This document shows positions 45,001 to 57,464 of a DNA stretch of 64,000 bases, one piece after another (position 1 is the stretch's first letter; each line of letters starts with the position of its first letter). The stretch is taken from the NCBI GenBank assembly GCA_964016885.1, contig OZ024740.1, positions 37,014,001 through 37,078,000 of the forward strand. Direction: 5' to 3'. The notes under the pieces were generated by a model. The model was not told the DNA's origin. It ran no database searches and saw nothing but the letters and a program-made list of their open reading frames with translations. The stretch comes from Eledone cirrhosa. Lineage: Eukaryota. The position numbers and the translations under genes are program-made.

Positions 45001-48000
45001 CTGAGGTTAATAATACATATTATAGAATTGTAGATCAGAGCTGACCTGTGGTTAAACAATATATATTATAGAATTGTAGATCAGAGCTGACCTGTAGTTA
45101 AACAATATATATTATAGAATTGTAGATCAGAGCTGACCTGTGGTTAAATAATATATATTATAGAATTGTAGATCAGAACTGGACTGTGGTTAAACAATAC
45201 ATATTATAGAATTGTAGATCAGAGCTGACCTGTGGTTAATTAATACATATGATAGAATTGTAGATCAGAGCTGACCTGTGGTTAAACCATATATATATTA
45301 TAGAATTGTAGATCAGAGCTGACCTGTGGTTAAACAATATATATTATAGAATTGTAGATCAGAGCTGACCTGTGGTTAAATAATACATATTATATAATTG
45401 TAGATCAGAGCTGACCTGTGGTTAAACAATACATATTATAGAATTGTAGATCAGAGCTGACCTGTGGTTAAACAATATATATTATAGAATTGTAGATCCG
45501 AGCTGACTTGAGGTTAAACAATATATATTATAGAATTGTAGATCAGAGCTGACCTGTGGTTAAACAATATATATTATAGAATTGTAGATCAGAGCTGACC
45601 TGTGGTTAAATAATTCATATTATAGAATTGTAGATCAGAGCTGAACTGTGGTTAAACAATATATATTATAGAATTGTAGATCAGAGCTGACCTGTGGTTA
45701 AACAATATATATTATAGAATTGTAGATCAGAGCTGACCTGTAGTTAAACAATATATATTATAGAATTGTAGATCAGAGCTGTCTGTGGTTAAATAATATA
45801 TATTATAGAATTGTAGATCAGAACTGGCCTGTGGTTAAACAATACATATTATAGAATTGTAGATCAGAGCTGACCTGTGGTTAAACAATACATATTATAG
45901 AATTGTAGATCAGAGCTGACCTGTGGTTAAACAATATATATTATAGAATTGTAGATAAGAGCTGACCTGTGGTTAAACAATATATATCATAGAATTGTAG
46001 ATCAGAGCTTACCTGTGGTTAAAAATACATATTATAAAATTGTAGATCAGAGCTGACCTGTGGTTAAACAATACATATTATAGAATTGTAGATGTAGATC
46101 AGAGCTGACCTGTGGTTAAACAATATATATTATAGAATTGTAGATCAGAGCTGACCTGTGGTTAAATAATACATATTATAGAATTGTAGATCAGAGCTGA
46201 CCTTTGGTTAAACAATATATATTATAGAATTTTAGATAAGAGCTGACCTGTGGTTAAACAATACATATTATAGAATTGTAGATCAGAGCTGACCTGTGGT
46301 TAAACAATATATATTATAGAATTGTAGATCAGAGCTGACCTGTGGTTAAACAATATATATTATAGAATTGTAGATCAGAGCTGACCTGTGGTTAAACAAT
46401 ATATATTATAGAATTGTAGATCAGAGCTGACCTGTGGTTAAACAATATATATTATAGAATTGTAGATCAGAGCTGACCTGAGGTTAAACAATATATATTA
46501 TAGAATTGTAGATCAGAGCTGACCTGTGGTTAAACAATATATATTATAGACTTGTAGATCAGAGCTGGCCTGAGGTTACTAATACATATTATAGAATTGT
46601 AGATCAGAGCTGACCTGTGGTTAAACAATATATAATATAGAATTGTAGATCAGAGCTGACCTGTGGTTAAACAATATATATTATAGAATTGTAGATCAGA
46701 GCTGACCTGTGGTTAAACAATATATATTATAGAATTGTAGATCAGAGCTGGCCTGAGGTTAAACAATATATATTATAGAATTGTAGATCAGAGCTGACCT
46801 GTAGTTAAATAATACATATTATAGAATTGTAGATCAGAGCTGACCTGTGGTTAAACAATATATATTATAGAATTGTATATCAGAGCTGACCTGTGGTTAA
46901 ATAATACATATTATAGAATTGTAGATCAGAGCTGACCTGTGGTTAAACAATATATATTATAGAATTGTAGATCAGAGCTGGCCTGAGGTTAAACAATATA
47001 TATTATAGAATTGTAGATCAGAGCTGACCTGTAGTTAAATAATACATATTATAGAATTGTAGATCAGAGCTGACCTGTGGTTAAACAATATATATTATAG
47101 AATTGTAGATCAGAGCTGACCTGTGGTTAAACAATATATATTATAGAATTGTAGATCAGAGCTGACCTGTGGTTAAACAATATATATTATAGAATTGTAG
47201 ATCAGAGCTGACCTGTGGTTAAACAATATATATTATAGAATTGTAGAACAGAGCTAACCTGTGGTTAACCAATATATATTATAGAATTGTAGATCAGAGC
47301 TGACCTGTGGTTAAACAATATATATTGTAGACTTGTAGATCAGAGCTGGCCTGAGGTTAATAATACATATTATAGAATTGTAGATCAGAGCTGACCTGTG
47401 GTTAAACAATATATATTATAGAATTGTAGATCAGAGCTGACCTGTAGTTAAACAATATATATTATAGAATTGTAGATCAGAGCTGACCTGTGGTTAAATA
47501 ATATATATTATAGAATTGTAGATCAGAACTGGCCTGTGGTTAAACAATACATATTATAGAATTGTAGATCAGAGCTGACCTGTGGTTAAATAATACATAT
47601 GATAGAATTGTAGATCAGAGCTGACCTGTGGTTAAACCATATATATATTATAGAATTGTAGATCAGAGCTGACCTGTGGTTAAACAATATATATTATAGA
47701 ATTGTAGATCAGAGCTGACCTGTGGTTAAACAATATATATTATAGAATTGTAGATCAGAGCTGACCTGTGGTTAAACAATATATATTATATGATTGTAGA
47801 ACAGAGCTGACCTGTGGTTAAACAATATATATTATAGAATTGTAGATCAGAGCTGACCTGTGGTTAAACAATATATATTGTAGAATTGTAGATCAGAGCT
47901 GACCTGTGGTTAAACAATATATATTATAGAATTGTATATCAGAGCTGACCTGTGGTTAAATAATATATATTATATAATTGTAGAACAGAGCTGACCTGTG

Positions 48001-51000
48001 GTTAAACAATATATATTATATAATTGTAGAACAGAGCTGACCTGTGGTTAAACAATATATATTATAGAATTGTAGATCAGAGCTGACCTGTGGTTAAACA
48101 ATATATATTATAGAATTGTAGATAAGAGCTGTCCTGTGGTTAAACAATATATATTATAGAATTGTAGATCAGAGCTGACCTGTGGTTAAATAATACATAT
48201 TATAGAATTGTAGATCAGAGCTGACCTGTGGTTAAACAATATATATTATAGAATTGTAGATCAGAGCTGACCTGTGGTTAAACAATATATATTATAGAAT
48301 TGTAGATCAGTGCTGACCTGTGGTTAAACAATATATATTATAGAATTGTAGATAAGAGCTGTCCTGTGGTTAAACAATATATATTATAGAATTGTAGATC
48401 AGTGCTGACCTGTGGTTAAACAATATATATTATAGAATTGTAGATCAGAACTGGCCTGTGGTTAAACAATACATATTATAGAATTGTAGATCAGAACTGG
48501 CCTGTGGTTAAACAATACATATTATAGAATTGTAGATCAGAACTGGCCTGTGGTTAAACAATACATATTATAGAATTGTAGATCTAGATCAGAGCTGACC
48601 TGTGGTTAAACAATATATATTATAGAATTGTAGTTCAGAACTGACCTGTGGTTAAACAATATATATTATAGAATTGTAGATCAGAGCTGACCTGTGGTTA
48701 AACAATATATATTATAGAATTGTAGAACAGAGCTAACCTGTGGTTAACCAATATATATTATATAATTGTAGATCAGAGCTGACCTGTGGTTAAACAATAT
48801 ATATTATAGACTTGTATATCAGAGCTGGCCTGAGGTTAATAATACATATTATAGAATTGTAGATCAGAGCTGACCTGTGGTTAAACAATATATATTATAG
48901 AATTGTAGATCAGAGCTGACCTGTAGTTAAACAATATATATTATAGAATTGTAGATCAGAGCTCACCTGTGGTTAAATAATATATATTATAGAATTGTAG
49001 ATCAGAACTGGCCTGTGGTTAAACAATACATATTATAGAATTGTAGATCAGAGCTGACCTGTGGTTAATTAATACATATGATAGAATTGTAGATCAGAGC
49101 TGACCTGTGGTTAAACCATATATATATTATAGAATTGTAGATCAGAGCTGACCTGTGGTTAAACAATATATATTATAAAATTGTAGATCAGAGCTGACCT
49201 GTGGTTAAACAATATATATTATAGAATTGTAGATCAGAGCTGACCTGTGGTTAAACAATATATATTATAGAATTGTAGATCAGAGCTGGCCTGAGGTTAA
49301 ACAATATATATTATAGAATTGTAGATCAGAGCTGACCTGTAGTTAAATAATACATATTATAGAATTGTAGATCAGAGCTGACCTGTGGTTAAACAATATA
49401 TATTATAGAATTGTATATCAGAGCTGACCTGTGGTTAAATAATACATATTATAGAATTGTAGATCAGAGCTGACCTGTGGTTAAATAATACATATTATAG
49501 AATTGTAGATCAGAGCTGACCTGTGGTTAAACATTATATATTATAGAATTGTAGATCAGAGCTGACATGCGGTTAAACAATATATATTATAGAATTGTAG
49601 ATAAGAGCTGTCCTGTTGTTAAACAATATATATTATAGAATTGTAAATCAGAGCTGACCTGTGGTTAAACAATACATATTATAGAATTGTAGATCAGAGC
49701 TGACCTGTGGTTAAACAATATATATTATAGAATTGTAGATCAGAGCTGACCAGTGGTTAAACAATATATATTATAGAATTGTAGATATGAGCTGACCTGT
49801 GGTTAAACAATACATATTATAGAATTGTAGATCAGAGCTGTCCTGTGGTTAAACAATATATATTATAGAATTGTAGATCAGAGCTGACCTGTGGTTAAAC
49901 AATATATATTATAGAATTGTAGATGAGAGCTGACATGTGGTTAAACAATATATATTATAGAATTGTAGATAAGAGCTGTCCTGTGGTTAAACAATATATA
50001 TTATAGAATTGTAAATCAGAGCTGACCTGTGGTTAAACAATATATATTATAGAATTGTAGATCAGAGCTGACCTGAGGTTAAACAATATATATTATAGAA
50101 TTGTAGATCAGTGCTGACCTGTGGTTAAACAATATATATTATAGAATTGTAGATCAGAGCTGACCTGTGGTTAAATAATACATATTATAGAATTGTAGAT
50201 CAGAGCTGACCTGTGGTTAAACAATATATATTATAGAATTGTTGATCAGAGCTGACCTGTAGTTAAACAATATATATTATAGAATTGTAGATCAGAGCTG
50301 ACCTGTGGTTAAACAATATATATTATAGAATTGTAGATCAGAGCTGACCTGTGGTTAAACAATATATATTATAGAATTGTAGATCAGAGCTGACCTGTGG
50401 TTAAACAATATATATTATAGAATTGTAGAACAGAGCTAACCTGTGGTTAACCAATATATATTATAGAATTGTAGATCAGAGCTGACCTGTGGTTAAACAA
50501 TATATATTATAGACTTGTATATCAGAGCTGGCCTGAGGTTAATAATACATATTATAGAATTGTAGATCAGAGCTGACCTGTGGTTAAACAATATATATTA
50601 TAGAATTGTAGATCAGAGCTGACCTGTAGTTAAACAATATATATTATAGAATTGTAGATCAGAGCTGACCTGTGGTTAAATAATATATATTATAGAATTG
50701 TAGATCAGAACTGGACTGTGGTTAAACAATACATATTATAGAATTGTAGATCAGAGCTGACCTGTGGTTAATTAATACATATGATAGAATTGTAGATCAG
50801 AGCTGACCTGTGGTTAAACCATATATATATTATAGAATTGTAGATCAGAGCTGACCTGTGGTTAAACAATATATATTATAGAATTGTAGATCAGAGCTGA
50901 CCTGTGGTTAAATAATACATATTATATAATTGTAGATCAGAGCTGACCTGTGGTTAAACAATACATATTATAGAATTGTAGATCAGAGCTGACCTGTGGT

Positions 51001-54000
51001 TAAACAATATATATTATAGAATTGTAGATCCGAGCTGACTTGAGGTTAAACAATATATATTATAGAATTGTAGATCAGAGCTGACCTGTGGTTAAACAAT
51101 ATATATTATAGAATTGTAGATCAGAGCTGACCTGTGGTTAAATAATTCATATTATAGAATTGTAGATCTGAGCTGAACTGTGGTTAAACAATATATATTA
51201 TAGAATTGTAGATCAGAGCTGACCTGTGGTTAAACAATATATATTATAGAATTGTAGATCAGAGCTGACCTGAAGTTAAACAATATATATTATAGAATTG
51301 TAGATCAGAGCTGCCTGTGGTTAAATAATATATATTATAGAATTGTAGATCAGAACTGGCCTGTGGTTAAACAATACATATTATAGAATTGTAGATCAGA
51401 GCTGACCTGTGGTTAAACAATACATATTATAGAATTGTAGATCAGAGCTGACCTGTGGTTAAACAATATATATTATAGAATTGTAGATAAGAGCTGACCT
51501 GTGGTTAAACAATATATATCATAGAATTGTAGATCAGAGCTTACCTGTGGTTAAAAATACATATTATAAAATTGTAGATCAGAGCTGACCTGTGGTTAAA
51601 CAATACATATTATAGAATTGTAGATGTAGATCAGAGCTGACCTGTGGTTAAACAATATATATTATAGAATTGTAGATCAGAGCTGACCTGTGGTTAAATA
51701 ATACATATTATAGAATTGTAGATCAGAGCTGACCTTTGGTTAAACAATATATATTATAGAATTTTAGATAAGAGCTGACCTGTGGTTAAACAATACATAT
51801 TATAGAATTGTAGATCAGAGCTGACCTGTGGTTAAACAATATATATTATAGAATTGTAGATCAGAGCTGACCTGTGGTTAAACAATATATATTATAGAAT
51901 TGTAGATCAGAGCTGACCTGTGGTTAAACAATATATATTATAGAATTGTAGATCAGAGCTGACCTGAGGTTAAACAATATATATTATAGAATTGTAGATC
52001 AGAGCTGACCTGTGGTTAAACAATATATATTATAGACTTGTAGATCAGAGCTGGCCTGAGGTTACTAATACATATTATAGAATTGTAGATCAGAGCTGAC
52101 CTGTGGTTAAACAATATATAATATAGAATTGTAGATCAGAGCTGATCTGTGGTTAAACAATATATAATATAGAATTTTATATCAGAGCTGACCTGTGTTT
52201 AAACAATTCATATTATAGAATTGTAGACCAGAGCTGACCTTTGGTTAAATAATACATATTATAGAATTGTAGATCAGAGCTGACCTGTGGTTAAACAATA
52301 TATATTATAGAATAGTAGATCAGAGCTGACTTGAGGTTAAACAATATATATTATAGAATTGTAGATCAGAGCTGACCTGTGGTTAAACAATATATATTAT
52401 AGAATTGTAGATCAGAGCTGACCTGTGGTTAAATAATTCATATTATAGAATTGTAGATCAAAGCTGACCTGTGGTTAAACAATATATATTATAAAATTGT
52501 AGATCAGAGCTGACCTGTGGTTAAACAATATATATTATAGAATTGTAGATCAGAGCTGACCTGTGGTTAAACAATATATATTATAGAATTGTAGATCAGA
52601 GCTGACCTGAGGTTAAACAATATATATTATAGAATTGTAGATCAGAGCTGACCTGTGGTTAAACAATATATATTATAGACTTGTAGATCAGAGCTGGCCT
52701 GAGGTTACTAATACATATTATAGAATTGTAGATCAGAGCTGACCTGTGGTTAAACAATATATAATATAGAATTGTAGATCAGAGCTGATCTGTGGTTAAA
52801 CAATATATAATATAGAATTTTATATCAGAGCTGACCTGTGTTTAAACAATTCATATTATAGAATTGTAGACCAGAGCTGACCTGTGGTTAAATAATACAT
52901 ATTATAGAATTGTAGATCAGAGCTGACCTGTGGTTAAACAATATATATTATAGAATAGTAGATCAGAGCTGACTTGAGGTTAAACAATATATATTATAGA
53001 ATTGTAGATCAGAGCTGACCTGTGGTTAAACAATATATATTATAGAATTGTAGATCAGAGCTGACCTGTGGTTAAATAATTCATATTATAGAATTGTAGA
53101 TCAGAGCTGAACTGTGGTTAAACAATATATATTATAGAATTGTAGATCAGAGCTGACCTGTGGTTAAACAATATATATTATAGAATTGTAGATCAGAGCT
53201 GACCTGTAGTTAAACAATATATATTATAGAATTGTAGATCAGAGCTGCCTGTGGTTAAATAATATATATTATAGAATTGTAGATCAGAACTGGCCTGTGG
53301 TTAAACAATACATATTATAGAATTGTAGATCAGAGCTGACATGTGGTTAAACAATACATATTATAGAATTGTAGATAAGAGCTGACCTGTGGTTAAACAA
53401 TATATATCATAGAATTGTAGATCAGAGCTTACCTGTGGTTAAAAATACATATTATAAAATTGTAGATCAGAGCTGACCTGTGGTTAAACAATACATATTA
53501 TAGAATTGTAGATGTAGATCAGAGCTGACCTGTGGTTAAACAATTCATATTATAGAATTGTAGACCAGAGCTGACCTGTGGTTAAATAATACATATTATA
53601 GAATTGTAGATCAGAGCTGACCTGTGGTTAAACAATACATATTATAGAATTGTATATCAGAGCTGACCTGTGTTTAAACATTATATATTATAGAATTGTA
53701 GATCAGAGCTGACCTCTGGTTAAATAATATATATTATAGAATTGTAGATCAGAGCTGACCTCTGGTTAAATAATATATATTATAGAATTGTAGATAAGAG
53801 CTGTCCTGTGGTTAAACAATATATATTATAGAATTGTAGATAAGAGCTGTCCTGTGGTTAAACAATATATATTATAGAATTGTAGATCAGAGCTGACCTG
53901 TGGTTAAACAATATATATTATAGTATTGTTGATCAGAGCTGACCTGTGGTTAAACAACATATATATTGTAGAATTGTTTATCAGAACTGACCTGTGGTTA

Positions 54001-54010
54001 AACATCTATA
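1..54010. repeat. Satellite DNA array, 46-bp monomer, about 1,170 tandem copies, running off the left edge of the window
   Basis: The unit TATTATAGAATTGTAGATCAGAGCTGACCTGTGGTTAAACAATATA recurs with period 46 (positions 1, 47, 93...), mostly with 0-3 substitutions per copy and occasional 45-, 48- and 52-bp variants. Orientation is uniform. It ends at ...CTGACCTGTGGTTAAACATCTATA (~54010). Confidence 0.99.
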
Positions 54011-54149
54011 CCAATGATCTTAATTCAACTTTGTGTCACTCTTTCCATGATGATCACTGACTCATTGTCATGTTAACCCCAATAACTATTTAAGCTTTTC
54101 ACTGTATTATTCTCACTGATAATTGAAATATTTGTTGCTAGTTTCTCTT

Positions 54150-54378
54150 TTAACCCTGTAACATTTAAACCTGCCATATCCGGCCAGAATTCTCTCACCT
54201 CTTTCTGTTCAAACCAACTGTAACTGGCCGCTCATATTGATGTTAGGGTATTTTTCTCAAAATAAATAATATCAAAATCTCATAGACTCGATATTATTTC
54301 AGATAATTATATGAGGTAAAGACTTTATCATGAAAATACAAGAGTAAATATAGAGTAATGTAAATGCTAAAGGGTTAA
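54150..54378. mobile_element. piggyBac-type non-autonomous DNA transposon (MITE), about 221 bp, with TTAA target-site duplication
   Basis: TTAA(54150-53)|CCCTGTAACATTTA ... TAAATGCTAAAGGG|TTAA(54375-78). The terminal inverted repeats match 12/14. CCC...GGG termini with a TTAA TSD are piggyBac hallmarks. No ORF. Confidence 0.75.
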
Positions 54379-54459
54379 GCCATTCTTTTAGCCTCTATGT
54401 GTTTCTGGTGCGTTTTCCTTTTATTTCCACTTCCTTTCACTTGTGTTGTTACAGCTGAC

Positions 54460-54546
54460 AAAAATAAGTTGTATCTGTAATTCAATAGCCAGCCTTATCA
54501 CTCAGTGTCACGCTGAATCTCCCTGAGCACTATATTATGTGTACAC
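54460..54546. mobile_element. Possible decayed SINE fragment
   Basis: ...TCTGTAATTCAATAGCCAGCCTTATCACTCAGTGTCACGCTGAATCTCCCTGAG... resembles an abundant cephalopod interspersed repeat. This is recall only and was not verified by search. Confidence 0.3.
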
Positions 54547-54697
54547 TATTTCTAGCACTCCTGTTACTTGCCAATTGTCCATCAGTTGGTGCCCTTCATA
54601 CTGCTGCCTACCACGTGATAGTTTTCCCTTTCAAATAACCGTTCTGTATAATCAGTTCCTGATTATTACTGGAATTCTATAAGAATCCAACACACAT

Positions 54698-54785
54698 AAT
54701 TTTCAGCAAACAGGAGGGTAGTGAGCTTTGATAACAAGTACGAAACAGATCTCTGTCAGTTTATCTCCCCTGTTTGCTGAAAATT
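54698..54785. repeat. Short inverted repeat with 17-bp perfect arms and a 54-bp spacer
   Basis: AATTTTCAGCAAACAGG (54698-54714) and CCTGTTTGCTGAAAATT (54769-54785) are exact reverse complements. Confidence 0.85.
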
Positions 54786-54884
54786 TAAATAAGTGACATT
54801 GTCACTATTTTAAAACAATAGCGTATGGTCTTCAAAATGCTTTTAATTAAGCATACAGTGTATTGCAAAATACACTATATATAC

Positions 54885-54887
<3 letters not shown>

Positions 54888-54935
<48 letters not shown>
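54888..54935. repeat. (TA)n microsatellite
   Basis: Pure TA run. Confidence 0.98.
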
Positions 54936-54938
<3 letters not shown>

Positions 54939-54943
54939 CCGCC

Positions 54944-55029
54944 AATCGCCTTAGAGTCGAACAAAGAACTATCTTCATCTTACAGACCCACACTCCCCCG
55001 GCCTGAACTCCCCACCCTTATTCCTTTAG
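54944..55029 (+). pseudogene. C-terminal remnant of a PLE GIY-YIG endonuclease
   Basis: Manual translation gives NRLRVEQRTIFILQTHTP, then after a 1-nt frameshift in the C-run GLNSPPLFL*. This fits the R-x-x-x-E-x-x-x-I-x-x-L-x-T-x-x-P-x-G-L-N end of PLE ORFs. Not in the ORF track in this frame. Confidence 0.7.
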
Positions 55030-56340
55030 CCTTCGACCGCCCCCCTCCCCCCACACTTATCCCCCACTAACACCACTAACACAGCCCTCCTTTTCACCGC
55101 CCACCCCACAACTAACAATACTAACACCTCCACTCCACCCCTCATCCGACCACCCTTCCCCAACTAACATACTAACATCCCTCCCTTCTTCTCCTCCTCC
55201 CCTCTCATTATCACACGCACACACCCACCGGCACATATATACACGCGCTCACACTAAACACACACCCTACTACCACCACTAACCCTCACCCCCACACCTC
55301 CATCCCACCACCCCGCAACTAACCTCACTAACACCCCCTGACCCCAAACACACGAACACACGCACCCACTTACACCACCCACCCCACACGCAACTAACAT
55401 CACTAACACCCCCAACCCCACGCACACGTACCCACACACCCTCGTACACCACCAACTCTACACACCCTACCACCACTAACCCCCATTCACACCTGCATTC
55501 AACCCTTCCCCACCTCCCGTATACTAACACCCACTAACACCCCTTCATCAAACTACACACACACCAGTACACCACACTCCCTCCATAGAACTACACACAC
55601 CCTTCTCTCCCCGCTCCACCTACGCCCTCGCTCCACACTCACTCATCCCACTAACACCTCTACTAATACATACACACACACCCTCCTCACTCCAACTTTC
55701 ACACCTACCCATCCTCGCCCCTTTACCATTCCACCGACTGTTGCTATGCCCTCTGACCACCTCCCAGCACAAACAGACACACAGCACTCCCACTGCTTGA
55801 CCACTTCCTGTAGCGCGCGCACCCCACATCTCTCCTCTTCCGACCATCGCTTCATGGAATACTCGTATGTGTAACTTGACCACCACAGAATCCACTAAAC
55901 ATCACAGGATTTTACCAACTTTTCAACCATCCTCTTACGTAATCACCTATATAACTCACCCACACACACGCCCCCAAAAAATGTTTTTGTCCACACGCCA
56001 CCTACACCCACAACACGCTTAAACCCCACACACACGTGATTTCCACCACATATTTACACCCTCAGCCTCCTGATTCCTCTCCCCCCACCCCTCTATCCAC
56101 ACACGCACAGACACTCCGACCTACAACCCCCCCCCCCACACACACACACCTCTTCCTGAACATGCAACCCCGTTCTTCCCTCAACCCTTACTTTCACATA
56201 CACACACACACACACGTACACCTACACACACACACACCACCTTCAGCCCTCCCCGCTAGGACACCCCGTCTCCCTCTCCCCACCCCACCCGCCACCAGCC
56301 CTACACACCCCACACCCTTCCACCACCTGTTTTACCCCAC
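55030..56340 (+). repeat. C/A-rich low-complexity tract (G-rich on the minus strand) with repeated ACTAAC motifs
   Basis: Strong C>>G skew on the plus strand, short CA runs, and 15 ACTAAC copies between 55066 and 55655. Confidence 0.9.
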
Positions 56341-56518
56341 TTTTAATTTCAGTTTATTTTGATCATGCTTTTATATTTAAATTTATTTCATTCCTTGTAT
56401 TTTGATCATGCTTTATTTTTATTTTTTATTTTTATTTCATTCGCACCGTTTCCTTTCGCTATATGTCTCTCCACCACTCCCCTACACACCCTTTGAACTC
56501 TGTTCCCACACACTTCTC

Positions 56519-56550
56519 ACCTGAGGAAGGGCTTATGCCCGAAACGTCGT
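56519..56550 (+). ncRNA. Minimal type I hammerhead ribozyme motif (PLE-associated)
   Basis: CUGAGGA(56521-27)-A-GGGC-UUAU-GCCC-GAAA-CG-UC: conserved core, 4-bp stem II, palindromic ACGU stem III and GUC cleavage triplet. Stem I is only about 2 bp and may be decayed. Confidence 0.7.
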
Positions 56551-56639
56551 TCCCCACCAACACCCCACTCTCCAGAGCGTGAAATTAATAAACATTCGTT
56601 GTACTGCCTCTCTGTTTTGCTCCTGTTCAAATTTTTCCA

Positions 56640-56641
<2 letters not shown>

Positions 56642-56697
<56 letters not shown>
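56642..56697. repeat. (TA)n microsatellite
   Basis: Pure TA run. Confidence 0.98.
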
Positions 56698-56700
<3 letters not shown>

Positions 56701-57385
56701 AAAAAGGTAGGGAGACAATGTATCTCCCTGGAGCACTCCAGCCAGTATCTCAAAGAACTCTGTCATCCTATCAGGTGTAATGACTTGGACTTTGGTGTTG
56801 GTGTAGAGCAGTGATATCAGGTCCACTATCTTCTTGGGGATTCCATAAGCCTGTAAGATCTTCATCAGGCACTGACGGTTCACAGAATCAAAGGCCTTCC
56901 TAAAGTCAATGAAAACCATGACCGCAGGAAGGCACTTTGCTCTAGCTCCCTCTAATATCCTCCTCAGCACCAGGATGTGACTGGTGGTTGATCTTCCCTC
57001 TCTGAAGCCGATCTGGTTATCCCTGAGCTTCTTCTCCATCTCAGGCTGGATCCTGTTAAGAATCATCCTGTTGAGGGTCTTTGCCACAAGTGACGTCAGT
57101 GAGATCTCCCTGTAGTTGTTGGTGTTAGAGAGATCTCCATTCTTTGGCACTGGGACGATGTTACTGATCCTCCACTGATTCGGGGCAACTCCTTTCTCCA
57201 GTGCCTGGTTACAGAACCCCAGGATGATATCATCAAAATCACACCTCTTCATCACCTCTGATGCCACACCATCTTCTCCATGAGCCTTGCCCTCCTTGAT
57301 CTTCTTCTTGGCTCTCTGAAGCTCTTCTCTGGTGAAGGGCTCTGTTTCAATATCCAGTTCTTCAAACAGCCGCCTGATCTCCCCA
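56696..57385 (-). pseudogene. Non-LTR retrotransposon (RTE-like) reverse transcriptase fragment, truncated before the catalytic YADD motif
   Basis: ORF 56533..57399 contains KAHGEDG, IVPVPKNGD, NYREISL, QIGFREGRST, FIDFRKAFDSV and GVLQGDTLSPYLF, then runs into (TA)n (YIYIYI). Confidence 0.93.
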
Positions 57386-57464
57386 GGATATGGCAGCAAT
57401 AATGAGGGACAGAGACCGCTGGAGAGAACTCGTCCATGGATCCCGGAAATTTTACCCGCCCTAG
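57379..57464 (+). pseudogene. Extreme C-terminus of an RTE-like ORF, in opposite orientation to the adjacent RT fragment
   Basis: Manual translation SPQDMAAIMRDRDRWRELVHGSRKFYPP* (TAG at 57462-64) contains the DRxxWRxxV motif that ends RTE ORFs. It is followed directly by (TA)n. Confidence 0.75.

Larger units (their letters stand above)
54936..56641 (+). mobile_element. 5'-truncated Penelope-like element: GIY-YIG C-terminal remnant, long C-rich 3' UTR, hammerhead motif and AATAAA
   Basis: Begins with a PLE endonuclease C-terminal motif. Ends with CTGAGGA...GAAACGTC hammerhead and AATAAA (~56587). Bounded by (TA)n on both sides. Confidence 0.7.

Noticed and set aside
1-54010. CRISPR array (AATTGTAGAT resembles the 3' end of Cas12a repeats)
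   Set aside because: There are no unique spacers, since the whole 46-bp unit repeats. The TCTAC arm of the Cas12a hairpin is missing, there are no cas genes, and the context is eukaryotic.
1-54010. Repetitive protein-coding gene or ribozyme array in the satellite
   Set aside because: 46 is not a multiple of 3, stops recur constantly and the ORF track is empty here. The monomer has no CUGANGA/GAAA core on either strand.
55030-55700. True telomeric repeat tract
   Set aside because: There is no tandem (CCCTAA)n, only dispersed CACTAAC/AACTAAC motifs.
54825-56362. Short ORFs (YIYI-, Val/Gly- or Pro/Thr/His-rich)
   Set aside because: They are translation artefacts of (TA)n and the C-rich low-complexity tract.
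56533-57399. 288-aa ORF as an intact RT gene
   Set aside because: It lacks the endonuclease and the YADD motif. Its N-terminus comes from the inversion junction and its C-terminus from (TA)n and antisense PLE sequence.
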